DNA from: Seison nebaliae
Taxonomy: Eukaryota
Direction of reading: 5' to 3'
NCBI GenBank assembly: GCA_023231475.1
Contig: JALJEE010000433.1
Span: 1-45,462, forward strand
DNA: 45,462 nt
Numbering within the stretch: the stretch's first letter is position 1; every line of letters starts with the position of its first letter. The notes beneath the pieces were generated by a model. It was given only the letters and a program-made list of their open reading frames with translations, was not told the DNA's origin and did not search any database. Of this stretch, positions 38,233-45,462 are shown in pieces. Made by a program: the position numbers and the translations under genes.

Positions 38233-38349
38233 ATTTGTATAAACCATTTTCACTCATTCTTTCAATTTCCGTTAAATTTTATTTTGCTGATAAAAAAAAA
38301 GAAATTCCATCAATCGTTTTTCTAACTAAATCTCTTCGATTATTCTCCG

Positions 38350-41076
38350 TCAGTCTTCAAAAATACCTTCAATAATTGGATGTGCCAAATGGAAAGGTGA
38401 TTCCTGTTATTCTCATCATCAACAAATTCATCATTCGTCAAATGAAATTCTAACCAATAATTGTCGTCCATCTGAACTATTACATGATTGAGTGATGGGA
38501 GCACGATTATAGAAGTTTTGAAGTAATTGTCGACTGAACGGATTGATATTCATCATATTGAATAATTTCTTATGATCATTTGATCCATTAGTCGAAATAT
38601 TGAACGAACTAAGAAATGGAAAAGAAGGAATATATTTATAGGAATTATAATAACTAATTGTAAGTGGAGAAGAGTTTATCTAATGATTTCTCATCAACAG
38701 CCGATTTGCACAATTCCAAATTGATTGATGGGTAATAATGGATGTAATTAAGACACATCTCATCGAAGATACTCGTACCACCCTACGTTTCAAACGAAAT
38801 GAAGAGCAAATTAACATATTACATAACAATACATTAACATAAAACAAAGTTACCAACAAATGTCATTTTATTCCGTTCCATCGTGTTATGGAGACATTGA
38901 TGAATAATCATATCTCCCTGAATTGGAAATTAAGAAGAAATTCAATTGGACTTCATACGAACTGGAAATATTTTCACTTCATTCTGTAACAAACGAATTT
39001 CTTGAAATGTCGAATCATAATTCTCATCACGATTCAATGATATTATTTTCCCGTCTTTCCGCACGACATATGTGGAGACTCCAATTCCCGTCAAATGAGT
39101 ATGTAATTGAGAAGCGAAAACGGATATACCTTTTTCTGGTATGATCTTCATGGAACTGAAATGTTTCTAAAGTAGAAATAGAATTGGAACCTGTTCCGTA
39201 CATTCAGATAAACAGAAAGCAGTTTGAATAAATTTTGGGGATTGAGGTGGAATTGAATTAAGTTCGTTATATTCCAATCCCAATTCCATGATAGCGGCAT
39301 CGTTCGACCGGATATCAGGTGTGATGGTGAACCGAATTCCTGATGAATCTCTCACTCCAAGAATATGTCGGGGATTATTATAGTGAATCTCCAATACGAC
39401 ATAGGGAGGAAATGCTTCACCTCCAACAGGTGTGCCGGTGTTTGCAGGATAAATAAATTCCTAAAAGATTTCCAAAAAAATTTTGAAAAAAAATTAAATT
39501 TTTCTTCAAAACATATGAGAAACATTAGCACCCATGGCCCATGCACCCAATACTTTGCGGCATGATTCCAAGCCTGAAGGCTTCCCTTCACTCGTACATC
39601 GACCGTTATATTCCACGACTTCATCATCCGTCCAACAATGGAACAATTCCATATGGTGAACGATTCCTGATGATTCTGGCGACAGTTCCGCATCAAACTG
39701 AAAGAAAGAATTATTTTTTTACTCCTCAATATATTAACGGCGATTATATGATGTTTGTGAGATAATTTGGGGAATTTGAATGTTGTGCACCAATAGGTGG
39801 TCTCATCCGATGGTATTTCCACATTTCTCGCTCGGAATTTTATGGTGAAATTATTTGGGGTAGAATGAAGAGTGGAATAGAATAGTTTACTTTTTGGTAA
39901 TTGAATCATTTGGTAAATCGGTTCTCCAAAATGCAACTTGTTCAACATCGGAAGATCATTGCCAACAACGACGGAGGACGTGGACGATAATCCTTTCTCA
40001 ATATTGATCATCACCAAATGAGTAGTTCCTACCTGCGAAACAAAAACGTTACCAAGATGATGTTTCGGTTATCTAACTAAAATTTCATAAAACGGAATCG
40101 GCGGTTCTCGTTCTCGTTCGAATTGCACATAATTAAATGATTTCCATTTGAATTGTTTAATTTTCTTCAAAGTATTCATGGTGGAACTTCTTCCATTGAT
40201 TGAGCCATTGACGAAAAGAAGATGCTACAAATAAATGATTATGATTAATATGTAAATAATGAACTTCGATTAAACGATGTTCATTCGTATGTTGAGGATT
40301 GATGAGAATGAGATCGGAATCGATTAAAGATTTTTGAGATTGAGTAAATCCGAAAACGATTCCATTTGGTGAATGATTCAAGTTAGTTCGTATAATGAAA
40401 TCGAACGATTTTACATCACTCACATCATCACCATTCTCATTAACCGTCTTCACTCGATTCGTGTTCCAATACAATTTCATTTCATTTTTATTATCTAACA
40501 CGACCGAATTATAATTGGTCAATGATTCTTCGAAATTCTTCGACGATTCTCTAAAAATAATCACGAAATATTTGAATTCGAATTCTCATCGAAAATGAAC
40601 CGAAGACAATTCTTGAAAATTGATTTCAAACTGTCAATTCCATCGGACAATTTGAAGGATTCTAATAACTCTTCGATACAAGTCAAAATTGATTCGACTG
40701 ACGACTCTTCCAAATTCTTCAAAAATTCTCCACTTCGTTTTCCCATTAAATTTTTTGTGGACAAGGAAAACTGGTGTGGGAATTTGAAGAGATCTGAGTT
40801 GGTCTTTTCTCCATTCCAATCGGCATATGGAAAACGGAAAATTGGCTTCTGCCAAAAAGGAACTAATGGTCCGAAAATATTCGGACGGAAAAAAGGAAAT
40901 ATTTTCTTCCGACGAACTAAACTGCTACGATCGATGGCATTGTGAAGATAGTGAATTGCCGTTGGATAATTATCGAGAGTTCTCAGATGATGATCAATGT
41001 TTGTTAGTAAGTCGTCGATCGGTACTGAGTTAAGTTGGAGAAGGAAGAGAGTGAAAATGGTGAGATGGAGAAACAT
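38350..41076 (-). CDS. DBH/TBH: Dopamine/tyramine beta-hydroxylase (DOMON + copper type II monooxygenase) with a prohormone-like first exon, 11 exons
   Basis: Introns at 40600-40551, 40264-40225, 40077-40033, 39738-39698, 39523-39461, 39190-39146, 38962-38918, 38857-38783, 38654-38609 and 38454-38404. The spliced product has ETTYWC, GIVHHMELFHC, VLGAWAMGA, LEIHYNNP, DAAIMELGL, FASQLHTHLTG and DEMCLNYIHYYP, so all Cu ligands are present. Exon 1 linkage and the last exon are less certain than the core. Confidence 0.92.
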
Positions 41077-41405
41077 TTTTCGCTCGAGAAAATGAGAGAA
41101 TGAAAAAGAAATGGGAATGTTGTGCTGGAGGGTAGTTGGGAGAAATTAATAAATTATTCAAATGTTCCATCATTATCTTATCTTGTGATATTAATTTAGA
41201 AATTAATAAAATTATGTAAATTTATCGAGATGTTGAAGAATTGAGGAATATTGTTTAGTCTTAGGTGTTAATGAGAGATGTGGCGGTGGAATTAGAAAAA
41301 AAGTGAATTTACTTCAAAATAGGAAAAGCAATATTTTTGCGCTAATTGAAATAGGAAGAGGAATTTAAATGAAATGAAATAATTCGATATGAAAACTTAA
41401 TTCGA

Positions 41406-43345
41406 ATGGAAGAGATTCATCCGATAAAATTTAGTTTAAATGATAATGGACGATTTTATGCTTTTTTAAATCTGTACAATCATTCAGTGAATGCGTCACT
41501 ACTTTACAAGATCCTATCGAACAATCGGTATTATATCGCTAAACCGGCTATCTGTATTATTCCACCAAATAAGACAGTTCAATTAGAGATCATTCAGAAC
41601 ATCGACTATCCGGACGAGGAGAAAGTGAACCATCAATTCATTATCATTTGCCTCTTCCACCAGAATATCGAGCTGGGTGACCGTGAGAAATTACAGACTT
41701 TATTCAACTGTTAATTTATTTTAAGTTGATGTCAATGAAACTTTCATTTCGTAGCGAATAAAGAGAATGTGAGTCGAATTCAATTTTTTGCTAATCTACC
41801 CGATGACTTTGACGATTACGACGACGAAGGAATGAAAAACTTAAATTGTCATTTCACTAAATCTCATGATATCCGATTGACACATCCCATCATTGAGATT
41901 GTGGAGGATAAGGACTACGATCTAAGAAATAGGAATAACAATGCTAAAAAGGAGTCGGTAGACAGTTTAACATTTTCACTCATCGCTTATCCTTTGTAAT
42001 TTGAAGTAGAGGGTCAGAGGAAACAGAAAAAGAATTCGACGGAACCGTATTCCGATATCAGTTCGACCGGTACCAATCCACCGTCATCTAGACCACAGAT
42101 GGGGAAGAACGTTAACAATTTCATTCGTTCAACTAGTTAAAATATTCTCTAATAGTTCGTGGGTCAAACTTATCTTCAAATGATTCTCATACCCGTTCTC
42201 CTCATTCTACTCTTCTCTGCCGTCACTCTCCATTTGAGGAATCGTGGTGTGACAAGTTGATTTTGGAGAGTTCCATCATTTTTTTTCATTCATTTTCAGA
42301 AATTACCGTCGTCGCCAAACAAAAGACGATGAGACCACATTTGAAGAAACCGATATTAGTCATTCCTCATCAACAAGCGCATCCTCAACTTGCTTATCAT
42401 ACAGCCATGCGACCACATCCACGTCCACGACCTCCATTTCGACCCGGTTCCGCATATCCGTTCTTTCAATCCAAATTTCCCTTGAGAGTCGAAGAGGAAG
42501 AATATCAGGAATATCCAACTGAAGAAATTAGTTATGGGAAAGTGATGAATCATCAGCCGATCAATCCAACTGGTGTCGATTACCATTATGGTGGTGTCAA
42601 TCACCGGGGAAGACCGGGTGGAAGGATCGGTGGGAGACCAGTGGGCAGATCCGGTGGAAGGGGATCAATGAGGACAGGGAAACATAACAAATTTACGAAA
42701 GCGAAGAAATTGGCGGAACCGCCGATAGAAAAAACGGCAGTTAACACCCATACATTTATAGGTAGAAATCAGAAGATTAATCGAGCAAGTCATAAGATTG
42801 GTGCAAGTTCGGGTCATATGCCCATTGTTCAATCGAATAGTGTTCGGAGTATGATGGTGAACAGTGAAGTGGAAGCGAAGCAAAATCGAGAAATTGAGAA
42901 TTTAGTTCATGACAATTTGGCATTGGATAATCGAAATTTTATGATTAATCAAAATATCGGAGGTAACAACCGAATCGTTCGTGGAGCAGATGAAAATAAT
43001 GAACGTAGTAGAAACTTAAAACGAAGACATGTTCACACACTTCCCACATTTCAGGGTTCCCGCTATCGAGGTGTTCGTCCTAATATTCGAGATTATCGTC
43101 TTCTCGTCAAAGGAGCAATTGGGAAAGATTTCAAGTCACATATGGTTGATGTTCCTCGATTGCATCCTCTACAATTACAAGTGAAATCGTTAATGTCTGG
43201 TGATCTACAAGTGGATCGACCCGTTTTCAGTGATTACTTGAAAACGTTGTGTGAACAGGATCATTATGACAGAATTCTCCGAATCAAATGTATGGACACG
43301 GTGAAAAGAAATGCAGCGAAATTCAAGGGGAAAACTGTCAATTGA
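41406..43345 (+). CDS. Divergent MSP-domain (VAP/MOSPD-like) membrane protein with a long post-TM extension, 5 exons
   Basis: Exons 41406-41709, 41755-41964, 42010-42110, 42156-42255 and 42300-43345 join in frame through 44-45-nt GTT..AG introns. The N-terminus resembles an MSP fold (LNLYN..LYKI..YIAKP..IIPPNKTVQLEI...HQFII), followed by TM MILIPVLLILLFSAVTL. Confidence 0.65.
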
Positions 43346-43619
43346 TTTTTTATAAATAAATGTCAATTTCTTTTGATTCGTGCAAATTCAATCTCTTTTC
43401 TCATTTGCATTATCATCTCCGAGTCACTTCAAATTTCGAGTTCCATTCTATTCATGTTTCTTCCAATTGGAATGAGATGGCACAATTAGATTCGACGGAA
43501 AGTTATTTTTTACAATAAACAATCGAATAATTCCAAATAATTTAAGATAGTTTTAATATCGGATTTCAGTTCGTTATCTTCCTCCAAAACTAATCTAATC
43601 TTTCAATAGTCTCTTTTGG

Positions 43620-43808
43620 ATGTTAGTTATCATAACAGCAATCATCTTCGTTCTCTTCCTCATTTGGTGTTGGAGATTATTTCGGAGAAATGAAGTTGAT
43701 GATTCTGATGAGCGACCACATCTCACTAGCATTTCTCGCACCAGAACCAACTCGAATAATTATTTGGCTTTAAACACTTACATAGAAAGATCAGTATACT
43801 TACGATGA
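43620..43808 (+). CDS. Possible small single-pass membrane protein (62 aa)
   Basis: N-terminal hydrophobic helix followed by basic residues (WRLFRR). A 41-nt GTT..AG candidate intron (43569-43609) lies just upstream. Confidence 0.4.
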   Translation: MLVIITAIIFVLFLIWCWRLFRRNEVDDSDERPHLTSISRTRTNSNNYLALNTYIERSVYLR

Positions 43809-43922
43809 ACATTCAGATTGAGGAATGAAGTTGATGGTTTATTTGATGGTCCTTTGTGTCGAAGAGACGAAGAAAAAAAATGTATTTTTTGTTGCAAAAT
43901 AAATTAAATTAATGAACTAAAT

Positions 43923-44726
43923 CTATTCGTTAGACGATTCGGATAAAGTTCTCACATGTTTTCCTGAAGTTAATTTGGTTTCTTTATTCACTAAATTTTT
44001 CTCTAAAATGGGAAACTGATTTAACTCATCAGTCGTCGACATCACTTTGAGTCGTGGTTGAGTCTTTGAATATTTCGCTCTGAATGAATCGATTTTCGAT
44101 TTTTTTTTCTTCTTTCCACCCACCACATTCGTCGTTGTAGTCGTCGATGTTGTTGTTGTTGTGAATGATGATTGAATGGAATTTGTTGATAAATTTTTAT
44201 TCTTTTGTTTTGTTGTTGTTGTTGGGAGATCGGAAAGTTTAGGTGAAACTAAATTATTTATATCATCTAAATTCCGTTTTCTTCTTTCTTCAAAATTCTC
44301 ATCTGTACCATCCTCATCATTCTCTTCATCTAATTCATCTTCAAATTCCAGTGATGGTTGTTGCTCGTTGTCAATCGATTGTTTCAATGGTTCTTGTTCT
44401 GGTTGAGGTTCGATTTCAGGCGGTTCGAATGATAATCGATATGAATCATTTACACGATTCAACGTTGCTTTTTTCGTTCTGGGATCGAGAATTAAGAGGA
44501 ATTCTTTCTCCGGAACCTTCTGAACATTTCCTGTGAAATTCGTAGTAGAATGATCTCTTCTCGGAATGTTCATTTGGACTGTGCCATTCTCGGAAATGTC
44601 GAGTATAGCATTCGCCGAATCGTCAACGGAATTGGGAATGAAATTATATCGGATGAAATGGTAATCTGATTCTTCTCTTTTGTGTTGATCGAAAGCTCCT
44701 CCTAAGTCGACCACATACCGATTCAT
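43923..44726 (-). CDS. EAF: ELL-associated factor (EAF1/2 family)
   Basis: YVVDLGGAF...YHFIRYNFIPNSVD...LDISENGTVQMNIP...FTGN...KEFLLILDPRTKKATLNRVN matches the EAF N-terminal domain, followed by an acidic and Ser/Thr-rich tail. First ATG at 44726; an upstream exon is possible. Confidence 0.85.
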   Translation of the reverse strand: MNRYVVDLGGAFDQHKREESDYHFIRYNFIPNSVDDSANAILDISENGTVQMNIPRRDHSTTNFTGNVQKVPEKEFLLILDPRTKKATLNRVNDSYRLSFEPPEIEPQPEQEPLKQSIDNEQQPSLEFEDELDEENDEDGTDENFEERRKRNLDDINNLVSPKLSDLPTTTTKQKNKNLSTNSIQSSFTTTTTSTTTTTNVVGGKKKKKSKIDSFRAKYSKTQPRLKVMSTTDELNQFPILEKNLVNKETKLTSGKHVRTLSESSNE

Positions 44727-45462
44727 TTTCTCATTATCCAATTCAGCTACTCATTCGAATGGTGAAAATACTCTCACATTTTCTTCTTCTCCTCTAAGTT
44801 CATTTTTTGTTCGCTCAACCTATTTAACCTATTTAACTCGGCATTTCCAGCTGGAAACAACATTCGAAAGTGATTAATATTTTATTAAATTTCTTATTTC
44901 ACTTCCCAAACCAAATTCTACTAACTAACTAATTAAGATTTATGATTGAAAGTCTAATTTTTTATTGAAACTTATTTAATAGTTTATTGATAAAATTTAT
45001 TTAAACTATCTAAAAATATCTGATTTCAAAATACTATTATTATTATTTATTATCAAAATTCTCGTTAGGATAACTTACAAATGGACAAAATATTAAAAAA
45101 ATTCCGGTCCTTGCCAATGTTGATCAAGTGGTGCAAGTCGATAAGAGTTTCTTGATTAATTGGAGAAAATGTGATCGGATCGTAAGAAAAAAATGAAGTC
45201 CTTAAAATCGGGAATGAGAATATCTGGTGGTAAATCGTAGTATCGAATAGTATGAGAAAAGATTGAGTGAACGTGGAAATCATTATTATAAGTAATAAAA
45301 GAAGTGAGAGGATTCGAAACTGAAATTTTGTCAAGGAGAGAAAAATTTCTACGAGAAAAGATAATAGGCAGTGGAAGAAAAAAAACGGTGCCGAAGAGTA
45401 AAGAACGATTACACCTGTGGAAACAACAGACTAGTCTCCCGATCTCAATTGTAGGCGCGATC

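Noticed and set aside
38350..40564. Fragmented DBH read as a pseudogene, or as evidence of frameshifting or an altered genetic code
   Set aside because: Every break is explained by a GT..AG intron that restores the frame, and all Cu ligands are intact under the standard code.
45065..45462. Open frames at the window end
   Set aside because: They could be the terminal exon of a gene extending outside the window, but strand and frame cannot be decided.
1..45462. tRNA, rRNA or snRNA genes
   Set aside because: None was recognised by eye; a covariance-model scan would be needed to exclude them.

Overview
AT-rich, gene-dense eukaryotic (animal) genomic DNA with many very short spliceosomal introns, so the ORF track shows only fragments. 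Manual splicing gives about 15 gene models: PCBD, two claudin/PMP22-like tetraspan genes, IFT25 (not in the ORF track), an N-terminally extended COX6B, CCDC134, RABL6, TRMT13, NEDD1, a GPI-type Ly6/uPAR protein, calcineurin B, an 11-exon dopamine/tyramine beta-hydroxylase, an MSP/VAP-domain membrane protein, EAF and a few small unknown membrane proteins. There are also decayed transposons (MULE, Tc3-like, non-LTR RT), one complete MITE with a 9-bp TSD, and RFX X-boxes. Two observations stand out. (1) In 28 of 30 inferred introns the donor is GTT and none is GTA; lengths cluster near 45 nt and AAG acceptors are frequent, which suggests a divergent 5' splice-site code. (2) The DBH/TBH gene appears to be spliced in frame to an upstream exon that looks like an amidated-peptide prohormone (signal peptide, RRKK...LMGKR). 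All splice models and family calls are by eye, without RNA data or database searches, and the organism cannot be named from this window.
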